From an uncultured Fibrobacteria bacterium (GTDB lineage: Bacteria; Fibrobacterota; Fibrobacteria; UBA11236): a DNA stretch of 64,000 nt. This document shows, one piece after another, positions 55,853 to 64,000 of the stretch (the stretch's first letter is position 1; each line of letters begins with the position of its first letter). The stretch covers positions 1,184,001 to 1,248,000 of the forward strand of contig OY970309.1 in assembly GCA_963716395.1 (NCBI GenBank), read 5' to 3'. The notes under the pieces were generated by a model, which searched no databases, was not told where the DNA came from, and saw only the letters and a program-made list of their open reading frames with translations. A program made the position numbers and the translations under genes.

Positions 55853-56305
55853 TTAATGCGATTCGTCGGAAATGACCCACAGCTTCACCTTGGTCTCGAC
55901 CGCCTTGTGAAGCTGCAATTTGATGGTGTACATGCCGAGTTGCTTAATGGGTTCGCCCAATTGCACGACTTTTTTGTCCAAGTCATACCCGGCTTCGCGC
56001 AATTTCAAGGCGATGTCGGCGGAGTGGATCGACCCGTACAGTTTTTCGCCTTCATGCACCTTGGCGGCAATGGTCAGGGACACATCTTTCAATTTGTCGG
56101 CCATCACCTGGAAGGCCGCTTTTTCCTGGCGCAGGCGCTCTTCGGCTTTGGCGCGGAACAAGTCGAGCTGCTTGCGCGACGAAGCCGTGGCCAGTACCGC
56201 CAGGCCCCGAGGAAACAGGTAATTGTGCGCGTAGCCGTTCTTCACCTTGACGAGGTCGTAAGATTTGCCGAGGCCCTCGATATCTTCGTTCAGAATGACG
56301 TCCAT
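55853..56305 (-). CDS. rplI: 50S ribosomal protein L9
   Basis: MDVIL.EDI..LG, VKNGYAHNYLFP, KLYGS. Confidence 0.96.
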   Translation of the reverse strand: MDVILNEDIEGLGKSYDLVKVKNGYAHNYLFPRGLAVLATASSRKQLDLFRAKAEERLRQEKAAFQVMADKLKDVSLTIAAKVHEGEKLYGSIHSADIALKLREAGYDLDKKVVQLGEPIKQLGMYTIKLQLHKAVETKVKLWVISDESH

Positions 56306-56323
56306 AAAAACTCCTTGCCCGGC

Positions 56324-56599
56324 TTAGCGCATGTTTTCGGCCACGAAGGGCAGCAGCGCCAGATGGCGGGCGCGTTTGATGGCTACAGCCAGTTCGCGCT
56401 GGTAGCGCGCCGAAGTGCCCGAGAATTTGCGCGAGGTGATTTTGCCCCGTTCATTGATGAACTTTTTCAGGAGCTTGTCGTCCTTGTAGTCGATATGCGC
56501 GATTTTATTTTCGGTGAAGTAACAGGTTTTGCGCTTCTTCGCCTTCCATTCGCGGTCTTTGCCGCCCTTGCCTTCGCGTTCGCGATCTCTTCCGGGCAT
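56324..56599 (-). CDS. rpsR: 30S ribosomal protein S18
   Basis: [27 protein letters not shown]. Confidence 0.96.
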   Translation of the reverse strand: MPGRDREREGKGGKDREWKAKKRKTCYFTENKIAHIDYKDDKLLKKFINERGKITSRKFSGTSARYQRELAVAIKRARHLALLPFVAENMR

Positions 56600-56600
56600 G

Positions 56601-56972
56601 CTACTCGTCTCCTTTTCGCGTTTTCTCCTCGGCGTGCTCCGCGACCAAGGCGGCCTCTTCGCTTCCGGGCGCCGGCGGTATGCCGACGGGGTTTTCCGCT
56701 ACGGTCAGCCAGCGCAACACGTTTTCATTGATGCGCAAGCGCTTGCCCAACTCCGCCGGCAGCGTGGTATCGGCCTCGTAATAGAACACGGCGTATTCGC
56801 CGTGGGTGCGCTTGCGAATGGGGTAGGCCAACCGGCGTTTTCCCCAGCGATCCACCCGGATGATTTTTCCCTGCGAATCGATGAGCTTGGAGACGGCGTC
56901 GAATTCCGAGGCGATGGATTCTTCGGGAATCATCGCGTCGACGACGAGAACGGTTTCGTATTGTTTGGTCAC
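56601..56972 (-). CDS. rpsF: 30S ribosomal protein S6
   Basis: [20 protein letters not shown]; GTG start 56972. Confidence 0.95.
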   Translation of the reverse strand: MTKQYETVLVVDAMIPEESIASEFDAVSKLIDSQGKIIRVDRWGKRRLAYPIRKRTHGEYAVFYYEADTTLPAELGKRLRINENVLRWLTVAENPVGIPPAPGSEEAALVAEHAEEKTRKGDE

Positions 56973-57050
56973 AGCACCTTCCCATGGGCTTCCGCGGGAA
57001 AATTCCCACGGAGAGGCTCCCGTCAGGGGAGCAGGAATGTTACCCGGAAT
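56973..57050 (-). promoter_or_regulatory. Structured rpsF leader, possible S6:S18 autoregulatory element
   Basis: Minus-strand hairpins GCTCCC/GGGAGC and CCGTGGGAA/TTCCCGCGG just upstream of the RBS. Confidence 0.4.
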
Positions 57051-57148
57051 TCCGGGGCGGAGTAATGTAGCATAAGACCTGCGATTTTCAAGCCCGACAA
57101 GGCTTTGCCGGCGTGCTTTCACCCTTCGGCTTTGACCCTTCCACCCCT

Positions 57149-57877
57149 TCAGAAGGCCAGATTCGATCCTAAAATCCAGGCGAAATCGCGCGTGTGAGAA
57201 CCGCTTTCCAGGAACAACCGGCCGAATTGGTATTCGTTGAAGAGATAAAAGGCTTTCACGGTTTCGCGCAGAGGGGGAAACAGAGCCAAAAGATCCACGG
57301 CCACGCCCGGAAGCGTCCGCATATTCACCGAACCTTCGACATTGTCGATGTTCTGTCCCACGAGTGAAAGCTCGATCCGCTGGCCCAGGGTCGCCCCCGC
57401 AAAGCGCGAGAACTTCCAGCCCAAACCCCATTCCCAAGCAAAACTGGCATTGGTTTCCACCAAGGGTGCGCGAAAAAATCCCACCGAGTCCGAAGGGGAT
57501 TGCAAGGAGATATTCAGGTTGTCGAACCCGAATTGCGCGCCGGTGTAAACCGCCGCTTGGTTCCAGGCTTTATGCACCCGGCCGATGAGAAAAAAACGGT
57601 TCAATACGGTTTGCGTCGAATCTGAGGGCTCGCCCGCGTTCATTTTGAATCCCACTCCTCCGGAAAACCAAGGCGTATAGTAATACTCGACGGCTCCCTG
57701 CCATTGATACAAGCCCAAGGTATCTCCGTAATTATGGTACCAGCCGCCGGAAAAGGATCCTTCTATGCCGTGCTCCAAATACATACTGCCGTTGGGATAG
57801 GGAATGGAAAAGGCCTCGGGCGCAGCGGCGGCCCCGGCCCAAGCCAGCGCAACCCAGGCGTAGAATCGGCCGAGCAT
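57149..57877 (-). CDS. Hypothetical outer-membrane beta-barrel protein
   Basis: Signal peptide, amphipathic aromatic strands, C-terminal Phe; start inferred. Confidence 0.6.
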   Translation of the reverse strand: MLGRFYAWVALAWAGAAAAPEAFSIPYPNGSMYLEHGIEGSFSGGWYHNYGDTLGLYQWQGAVEYYYTPWFSGGVGFKMNAGEPSDSTQTVLNRFFLIGRVHKAWNQAAVYTGAQFGFDNLNISLQSPSDSVGFFRAPLVETNASFAWEWGLGWKFSRFAGATLGQRIELSLVGQNIDNVEGSVNMRTLPGVAVDLLALFPPLRETVKAFYLFNEYQFGRLFLESGSHTRDFAWILGSNLAF

Positions 57878-59145
57878 CAGGCCGGAAAGTACTCGCGAAA
57901 CGATCGGGGGGCCAGTACGGGCCGGCCGAAGCGGCGGCTCAAATCGGCCGGGGAGAGGTCGTCGAGAAAGCGGCCTTCGACGTTGAGGCAATTGGGCGGC
58001 AACAATACCGGACCCTGCCTGCGGCTGGTTTCCAAAGCCGCCGTCAAATCTTTGCCGCACAGAAGCCCCGTCACCGTCACCGAATCGCCGAAAGTCTGAT
58101 TCTCGCACACCAGCATTTCCGAATCCAGGTCGCGGTCGCGGCGCAGGACCTGCAAAATGCCGCCCAGGGTCTCCGAGGCGAGCGGGGCGGTGAGTACGGT
58201 GACCGCATGGCCTTGCGGCGCACGCGGCAAGGCGGGCAATTCGGCCGTAAAGGCGTCTTGCAGCGTTCGCAAGGTGCCGACCCCGTTTTCGTATTGACTG
58301 AAGTCGCCGTAAAACTCGGCGGGCGGAATCGGTTCGCCGGCGCGAACATAGATTTCATCGGAGGGATAAATGAAGTGTCGCCCGGTTTCGGCAAAGGCTT
58401 CCACCTCATGCCGCAGGGTGATTTCCATGCAGGCCAGCGCGTCTTCCCGTGTGAAACCGCGCAAAGGTGTGAGCTTGCTGCGATGCCGGGTCAATCCCAC
58501 GGGCACCACCGAAATCGAAAGCAGCCAGGGCCGGAAAGTCCGCAGTTCGCGCAGCGAGCGGTCGAGTTCCAGCCCGTCGTTCCAGCCCGGAACCACCACG
58601 ATTTGGGTGTGGAAGCGCACATCGTGATCGCGCATCCACCCCAGGCGATCCAGAATGGGTTCGAGCTTCGGATTTTTCAGCATGCGCGTACGCACCCCGT
58701 GATCCGTGGCATGCACCGACACATACAGCGGCGACAGGTGCTGCTCCAGCACGCGCTCCCAATCCTCGGGCTTCATGTTCGACAGGGTGGTGAAATGGCC
58801 GTCGAGAAACGAATAGCGGTAATCCTCGTCTTTTACATACAATGAACGCCGCATGCCTTTGGGCGTCTGGTACACGAAGCAGAACACGCAATCATTCTTG
58901 CAGATTTTGATCTTCATCACGTCGGGTTCGATTCCCAAGGCGCGTTCGGGATGGCGTTCGATATCGACCCCGATGGCGGCATCGGCGCGCATCAATTCCA
59001 GCGAGAGGTAGCCTTCGCTTTTGAAGAATTCGAAATCGAGCCGATCGCGGATTTCCTCGTTGTTGATGCGCAAAATGCGATCGCCCGATTGCAGACCTGC
59101 CAGGTCGGCGTCGGATCCGGGTTCAATGGCGGCGATGGTAATCAT
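57877..59145 (-). CDS. PDZ + radical SAM DUF512 protein (TIGR03279-like)
   Basis: CKNDCVFCF, LYVKDEDYR.SF, SVVPVGLT, QYENGVG, VTGLL.GKD. Confidence 0.9.
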   Translation of the reverse strand: MITIAAIEPGSDADLAGLQSGDRILRINNEEIRDRLDFEFFKSEGYLSLELMRADAAIGVDIERHPERALGIEPDVMKIKICKNDCVFCFVYQTPKGMRRSLYVKDEDYRYSFLDGHFTTLSNMKPEDWERVLEQHLSPLYVSVHATDHGVRTRMLKNPKLEPILDRLGWMRDHDVRFHTQIVVVPGWNDGLELDRSLRELRTFRPWLLSISVVPVGLTRHRSKLTPLRGFTREDALACMEITLRHEVEAFAETGRHFIYPSDEIYVRAGEPIPPAEFYGDFSQYENGVGTLRTLQDAFTAELPALPRAPQGHAVTVLTAPLASETLGGILQVLRRDRDLDSEMLVCENQTFGDSVTVTGLLCGKDLTAALETSRRQGPVLLPPNCLNVEGRFLDDLSPADLSRRFGRPVLAPRSFREYFPA

Positions 59146-59180
59146 GCGGTCAGGAAAGAAAGCGGTGCGGCCGGGCCAAC

Positions 59181-59232
59181 TCAAATAATCGGTCCACCGA
59201 AAACGGGGCCGACGATGATTCGAGGCCTCCTA
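59181..59232. repeat. Degenerate copy of the ~60-bp dispersed palindromic element
   Basis: AATAATCGGTCCACCGAA (59184-59201) is 17/18 identical to 60553-60570. Confidence 0.6.
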
Positions 59233-59278
59233 AAGTAATTCGGCGGCGCGGAAAAGGAGTATACTCGGAATTTTACGG

Positions 59279-60394
59279 ATGAAAAACCGCGCTCCCCTTG
59301 TGGTTTTCGACGTGCGCCCCCTGCAATGCGGGTATGCACAGCGCGGCATCGGCCGCTATACGCGCGAATTGCTGCTCGCCCTGCAAGCCCGGCTGGCGGG
59401 GAAGCCTGCGCGCTACCGTCTGCGAAGCCTGGCGTTTCCGGGCGAATTGCCGGCCGCCGCGCCGCCCGCCGTCTTCCGGGCGCCGCGTTGGGAACGCGTC
59501 TGGCTCTGGGATCAAGGCGTGCTCCCCTGGAAATTGCGCCTGTCCGGGGCCACGATCTTTCACTCCTGCGCGGCCATGGGACCGCTCAAGGAGGTCAACT
59601 TTCCCGCGATGTTCGCGCCGCATTGCGTGCTCACCGTGCACGATTGGCACGCGTACGCCGAAGACGCGTCGCCGCTGGAGCGCTTCTACCGCTCGACCCG
59701 GCGTATGCGTTGGCAGTTGCGGCAGCTGCGCCGCGCCGGTCGGGTGGTGGTCGATGCGGCCTGCGTGGGCGAAGAAGCCGCACAGCGGTTCGGCGTTCCG
59801 CCGGAACGGATTTCTCTTGTTGCGCCGGGCGGCGATCATCTCGACGCCGTGCCCGAGTCGCCGCCTGCGGAAACCGGATTTGTGCTTTCCATCGGCGACG
59901 GACCGCATAAAGGTTTGCGTACAGCCTACCGGGCCATGGTGAGCGCGCGCGCGCAAGGTCTGGCCTGCGCCTGGACGGTGGTCGGCGATCCGCAACGCGT
60001 GCGCGCATGCTTGCAATTCGAAAGCGCGCTGCCGGCTTGGGTGCGCATTTGCTCCCAGGTGGGCGATTCCGAATTGAAAGGGTTGTACCGCGCCGCTGCG
60101 TGTTTGCTTTTTCCCTCGCCCCGCGAAGGCTTCGGCTTTCCGGCTTTGGAAGCCATGCGGCTGGGATGTCCGGTGCTGGCGGCCGACGCGGAACCTGTGC
60201 GTTCGCTGGTCGGCTTCCCCGAATCAATGTTCGCCCCCGAGGATGTCGCCGAGTTCGCCGGCGCTTTGCGCCGCCTGGCAACCGACCCGGAATGGCGAGC
60301 CCGCGTGATCGCGCATGGCAGGGAACGCGCCCGCGCCTATACGTGGAAGCAAACGGCGGATCGCGTCTTGGAAGTGTGGGACCGCCTGAGTTGA
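59279..60394 (+). CDS. Glycosyltransferase family 4
   Basis: RGIGRYTREL, TVHD, FPSPREGFGFPALEAM..GCPV. Confidence 0.9.
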   Translation: MKNRAPLVVFDVRPLQCGYAQRGIGRYTRELLLALQARLAGKPARYRLRSLAFPGELPAAAPPAVFRAPRWERVWLWDQGVLPWKLRLSGATIFHSCAAMGPLKEVNFPAMFAPHCVLTVHDWHAYAEDASPLERFYRSTRRMRWQLRQLRRAGRVVVDAACVGEEAAQRFGVPPERISLVAPGGDHLDAVPESPPAETGFVLSIGDGPHKGLRTAYRAMVSARAQGLACAWTVVGDPQRVRACLQFESALPAWVRICSQVGDSELKGLYRAAACLLFPSPREGFGFPALEAMRLGCPVLAADAEPVRSLVGFPESMFAPEDVAEFAGALRRLATDPEWRARVIAHGRERARAYTWKQTADRVLEVWDRLS

Positions 60395-60455
60395 ATCGGC
60401 CGCAGGGGAATCGCGGCGACGCGATCCGCCGCTCCGATTATCTTTGCACGCTTGG

Positions 60456-60539
60456 GCCCGAGTGGCGGAATTGGTAGACGCTGAGGACTTAAAATCCTTT
60501 GGCCGTAAGGCCGTACGAGTTCAAGTCTCGTCTTGGGCA
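60456..60539 (+). tRNA. tRNA-Leu (anticodon TAA), CCA not encoded
   Basis: GCCCGAG/CTTGGGC acceptor stem, GGAATTGGTAGAC D-loop, CT-TAA-AA loop, long variable arm GGCC-GTAA-GGCC, GTTCAAGTC T-loop. Confidence 0.95.
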
Positions 60540-60541
60540 TA

Positions 60542-60600
60542 AGGGTATCTCTAATAATCGGTCCGCCGAAGGCGGAGAATGGGATTATTAGAGGTACCCT
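60542..60600. repeat. 59-bp palindromic element immediately 3' of tRNA-Leu
   Basis: AGGGTATCTCTAATAATC / GATTATTAGAGGTACCCT (17/18 inverted) enclosing TCCGCC-GAA-GGCGGA. Confidence 0.75.
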
Positions 60601-60610
60601 GAAGGGCACC

Positions 60611-61183
60611 TTGAACACATCGCTTTCTCCCGCTGTTTTTCTGGATCGCGACGGAACGCTCCATCGCGACACGGGGTATCTCATTCGCTTCGAAGAGTTT
60701 CACCCGCTGCCCGGTGTGGAAGAAGCCCTGCGCCTGATGCAGGACAAAGGCTATCGTCTTTTCGTGGCCACGAATCAAAGTGGCGTGGCCCGGGGATTTT
60801 TCACCTTAGAGGCCGTGCACGCCTTGAATTCCAGAATTCAGGCCTACTTCCGGGATAACGGCATTAATATAGAGGCCATGGCTGTTTGCCCCCATCATCC
60901 CGAAGGCGTCGTAGCGGCCTATGCCCGCATCTGTGATTGCCGCAAACCCCAACCTGGAATGCTGCGGGATCTCGCCGAATCCTATGGTCTCGACTTGACT
61001 CGCAGCTATATGGCGGGCGATCATTGGCGTGATGCCCAGGCCGGGTTGGCCGCGGGTGGAACGGGGATTTTAATCGGAAATAGGGGCTTCGTAAACGAAG
61101 TTGACAAGGAGTCGCGGTTAAAGGAATTTAACTCGCTCTTTGAATTTGCCCGCAGCCTCACAGGAGTCGCAACATCCCCATGA
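60611..61183 (+). CDS. gmhB: HAD-IIIA phosphatase, heptose-1,7-bisphosphate phosphatase-like
   Basis: FLDRDGT, TNQSGVARG, CPHHP..CDCRKP.PGM, GD. Confidence 0.85.
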   Translation: MNTSLSPAVFLDRDGTLHRDTGYLIRFEEFHPLPGVEEALRLMQDKGYRLFVATNQSGVARGFFTLEAVHALNSRIQAYFRDNGINIEAMAVCPHHPEGVVAAYARICDCRKPQPGMLRDLAESYGLDLTRSYMAGDHWRDAQAGLAAGGTGILIGNRGFVNEVDKESRLKEFNSLFEFARSLTGVATSP

Positions 61184-61614
61184 GCACGAGTAAAGATCTC
61201 AAGCGCCCGACGGAAGCATTGACTGAATTCGAAAAGCAGGCTCTGGCCGAACTTTGGGACACGGGCAAGCTCAAAACCATTTCGGATCATCTCCTGGAAT
61301 TTGTGGATCGTCACTGCGACGATATCCGCGAAATGGCGCCGGGTGAACCGTCGCCCGAGGTATGGGTCGAAGCCGTGAAACGGTTGGTGCGCAAACGCGG
61401 ATCGATTCATTTGCCCTCGGACATGGCCGATCAGATCCGCGAAATCAACAACGAAATTTGGTACCGGGGCGAAAAAGGCGATTACAACAGCACCAAGATC
61501 AAAGAAGAATGGGCCTTGCGCTATGCCCACAAATGGCGCGAATGGCGCGTTAAGGAAATTCTCTACGTAATCGACCGCCGCCAGGACGAGGTGGCCGCAA
61601 CCTTGCCGCGCTGA
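61180..61614 (+). CDS. Hypothetical protein (C-terminal Trp-rich motif, distantly DUF4032-like)
   Basis: EINNEIWYRGEK..EEWALRYAHKWRE; 4-bp overlap with the upstream gene. Confidence 0.65.
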   Translation: MSTSKDLKRPTEALTEFEKQALAELWDTGKLKTISDHLLEFVDRHCDDIREMAPGEPSPEVWVEAVKRLVRKRGSIHLPSDMADQIREINNEIWYRGEKGDYNSTKIKEEWALRYAHKWREWRVKEILYVIDRRQDEVAATLPR

Positions 61615-61669
61615 TTCCGGCGCTCCGGCGGGTTGCTATTTTCCGGCTCGTTCCATCCTCGGAGGATCC

Positions 61670-62317
61670 ATGTCTGCAGCGGAGGAACCCTCGCCCGATC
61701 GCCTGTTCGCTTTTTTCGAGCGCCTCAAAACCATGAGTTCCATCCAGCGTTTCGGCACGCTGCCCATGATCCAAAGCGAAAGCGTGGCGGCGCACAGCTT
61801 CAACGTGGCCATAATGTCACTGCTCATCGCCGATTTCGACGACCCCCCAAATCTCAACCGCGAAGCGATGCTGCGCAAGGCGCTATTCCACGACTTCGAA
61901 GAAACCGTGCTCTCCGACATTCCCCACCCCATCAAGCACCGTTTCATGGGCGGCAAGCTCGACAAATTGCTCAAGGAGGTGGTTCCTGACCTGATCCAAA
62001 ACGAGATTTTCAAGGAACTGCCGCCCGACCTGCGCGATCGCTGCACGCGCGCGGCCCTGACCGCCAAAGAAGGCCCCGAAGGCCAAATCGTCGCCGCCGC
62101 CGACGCCATGGACATCGTGATGACCTCCCTGCGCGAACTCAAAATGGGCAACCGCTATTTCCAGAATATTTTCGAAGTCGGCCTGCGCCTGCTCTCCCGC
62201 TTCGAACATTTGCGCTTCGCGCGCCTGTTCATCGCCAGCGCGCGGCAATACCGCGACCGCGATCAAGACGCCGAAGGGCAGACGACTTTTTCCGACGAAT
62301 TCGTCGAGCCGCGCTAA
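61670..62317 (+). CDS. HD-domain protein, YfbR-like 5'-deoxynucleotidase
   Basis: ESVAAHSF, LFHDFEE..SDIP.P.K, IVAAAD; GGAGG RBS. Confidence 0.85.
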   Translation: MSAAEEPSPDRLFAFFERLKTMSSIQRFGTLPMIQSESVAAHSFNVAIMSLLIADFDDPPNLNREAMLRKALFHDFEETVLSDIPHPIKHRFMGGKLDKLLKEVVPDLIQNEIFKELPPDLRDRCTRAALTAKEGPEGQIVAAADAMDIVMTSLRELKMGNRYFQNIFEVGLRLLSRFEHLRFARLFIASARQYRDRDQDAEGQTTFSDEFVEPR

Positions 62318-62332
62318 ACCGAACTCCGGAAT

Positions 62333-62752
62333 TCAATAGCGGCGCCGCAGCAGCAAGGCGATCGCCGCCACGGTGAAGAGCAGGTTCAAGGCGGCGTCGG
62401 CGCGGGCCAACCAGTGCTGGGCGCCGCTGTATTCTTTCCCCTGCAACAGACGCCGCTCCATGCCCAACCCGAGCAGGGCCGATACCCAGAATTTCACCGC
62501 GATTGCGATCAGAAAGTCCGTTCGCAACTGAGCTCCGTACAGCGTAGAGAGATACCCCAGCGGGGCCCCGAGATAAAAGAAAAGCCGCACGGCGCGCAGC
62601 CGGGCCGCATGTTCCGGGGCTCCGGCCACCTCGGTGAATTGTCGCGCACGGGTTTGCACGTCTGCGAGTTTGGCGAAGAGCTGGTAGAGATTGGTGCCGC
62701 CGTACACCACGCTCAACACCGCCGCGACCTTGGCCCATAGCAGCGGCGTCAT
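62333..62752 (-). CDS. Hypothetical membrane protein
   Basis: About 4 hydrophobic segments; overlaps the rsgA stop. Confidence 0.6.
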   Translation of the reverse strand: MTPLLWAKVAAVLSVVYGGTNLYQLFAKLADVQTRARQFTEVAGAPEHAARLRAVRLFFYLGAPLGYLSTLYGAQLRTDFLIAIAVKFWVSALLGLGMERRLLQGKEYSGAQHWLARADAALNLLFTVAAIALLLRRRY

Positions 62753-63672
62753 TCCCAGGCCTCGGGCCGGTTCAAGGTGGCGAGCAGGCGCTGGTAAGAT
62801 TCCAGGCGAAAGCGCGGAATCTGTCCGCTGGCGACCGCGGCGTGCAAGGCACAGCCGGGCTCAGTTTCGTGGCGGCAATCCTTGAACCGGCATTGGCCGA
62901 GATGGGGTGCGAAGTCGCGCCAGAGCGGCGCCACTTCTTCGGCCCGCATATTCCAAAGGCCCAGCGAGCGCAGGCCGGGCGTGTCGATGACGCGCACGCC
63001 GTCGGCACCGACATAAAGCCGGCCGCCGGTGGTGGTGTGCCGGCCCTTGCCGCTGGATCGCAGCATTCCCACCCGCGCAGCCGCCTCGGGTATCAAGGCG
63101 CGGATGAGCGAGCTTTTGCCCGCTCCCGATGGTCCGGAGAGCACGGCAATGCGGCCCCGCAAAAGTCCGCGCAGGTCTTCGATGCCGGCGCCGGTGAGCG
63201 CGGAGCACATCACCCGGGCATAGCCGAGGCCGCAGAGGTAATCGGTTTCGGGCGGAGGAGTCGGTTGCAAATCGCACTTGTTCATACACAAAACGGCTTC
63301 CAATCCGAAATGCTCGGCCAAGACCAGATAACGATCCAGCAAACGCGGATTGAAAGGCGGATGCAGGGGCGTGGTCACGGCCACCAGCAATTCGGCGTTG
63401 GCGGCCAGAATCAATTCGCGCGCATAGCGTTCGCCCGGACCCGGCCGCGAGAGCTTGGTGGTTCGGGTCAGGATGGCGGTGATCAAGGGCTCCTGGGCGA
63501 CGTCGCCGGGATAGAATTCCACCTGATCGCCCACGGCAAAATTGGCAAAAGGCCGCATGTCGATTTCGGGGCTGTAGCCGCAGCGCCACTCGCGCCCCGT
63601 GTCGTCGGCCACCGAAGCCGTGCGGCGCTGCACTTCGATCAGCATACCGCGGCACACGGCGCCGGGTTTCAC
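62749..63672 (-). CDS. rsgA: Ribosome small subunit-dependent GTPase A
   Basis: NKCD, GPSGAGKSS, GRHTTT, DTPG, CRFKDCRH..EPGC. Confidence 0.93.
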   Translation of the reverse strand: MKPGAVCRGMLIEVQRRTASVADDTGREWRCGYSPEIDMRPFANFAVGDQVEFYPGDVAQEPLITAILTRTTKLSRPGPGERYARELILAANAELLVAVTTPLHPPFNPRLLDRYLVLAEHFGLEAVLCMNKCDLQPTPPPETDYLCGLGYARVMCSALTGAGIEDLRGLLRGRIAVLSGPSGAGKSSLIRALIPEAAARVGMLRSSGKGRHTTTGGRLYVGADGVRVIDTPGLRSLGLWNMRAEEVAPLWRDFAPHLGQCRFKDCRHETEPGCALHAAVASGQIPRFRLESYQRLLATLNRPEAWE

Positions 63673-64000
63673 GCTTTTTCCGCCTCCAGGCGGGCCAGTT
63701 CGGCATACAGCGATTCCACGTCCGCCGCGTTGGCTGCGCGTTCTTCGCCCAGTTGCCGCAGCGCTTCGGGATCTTGAAAGATCTCTGTGCGGCATAAGGC
63801 CGCGTCGATTTCGCCGTTGCGCCGTTCCAAGGCTTCGATGCGCGCCGTAGCCTCGGCCTCGAGCCTTTCCAGTTTGCGGCGCGCCCGTTCGGCCTCTTTG
63901 CGCTCGGCGTGCGAAGATCGAGGTCCGGATTTCGGCGCCCGTTCCCCGGCCTCGTCTTGCGCCTCGGCGCGGGCCAAATCCTCTTCGAGCTTGTGGGAAT
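63669..64000 (-). CDS. C-terminal coiled coil of an ABC-F family ATPase (partial; begins beyond the window)
   Basis: ERKEAER..LE..IEALE..ID..L....IFQD....L..ESLYAE; frame open to the window edge. Confidence 0.7.
   Translation of the reverse strand, partial: SHKLEEDLARAEAQDEAGERAPKSGPRSSHAERKEAERARRKLERLEAEATARIEALERRNGEIDAALCRTEIFQDPEALRQLGEERAANAADVESLYAELARLEAEKA

Noticed and set aside
56324-56972. Absence of ssb/priB between rpsF and rpsR
   Set aside because: This arrangement is common in many phyla and is not unusual.
1-64000. CRISPR array, rRNA, integrase or prophage
   Set aside because: No regularly spaced repeat-spacer series, rRNA-like sequence, recombinase or phage structural genes were seen.
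60456-64000. Genomic island integrated at tRNA-Leu
   Set aside because: No integrase, no duplicated tRNA 3' end in the window, and the downstream genes are housekeeping-like.

Overview
GC-rich bacterial chromosomal segment. The gene content (PorV-family barrel, GH44 and S8 enzymes with C-terminal sorting-domain-like tails, DUF5683-like surface proteins) suggests an FCB-group organism, most likely Fibrobacterota; this is an inference. Most of the window is housekeeping: rpmH-rnpA-yidD-yidC-mnmE, rnhA, rlmN, trpE-G-D and trpC, rapA, leuA, dapB, rpsF-rpsR-rplI, tRNA-Leu(TAA), rsgA. Main points of interest: (1) a partial ebo cluster whose cyclase carries the motifs of 2-deoxy-scyllo-inosose synthase (BtrC type) rather than of EboD or AroB; (2) an AT-rich island at 1-~3720 holding peptidoglycan-amidase effector fragments and immunity-like genes, including an uncalled Tae3 remnant and an IS5 transposase/amidase chimera; (3) a PorV-type barrel with a large LysM-like and beta-propeller insert; (4) a probably leaderless Leu attenuator before leuA; (5) a Crp-family regulator with a degenerate cAMP pocket and matching operator sites; (6) two families of small non-coding elements. 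All family assignments come from motif recognition by eye. No database searches or computations were run.
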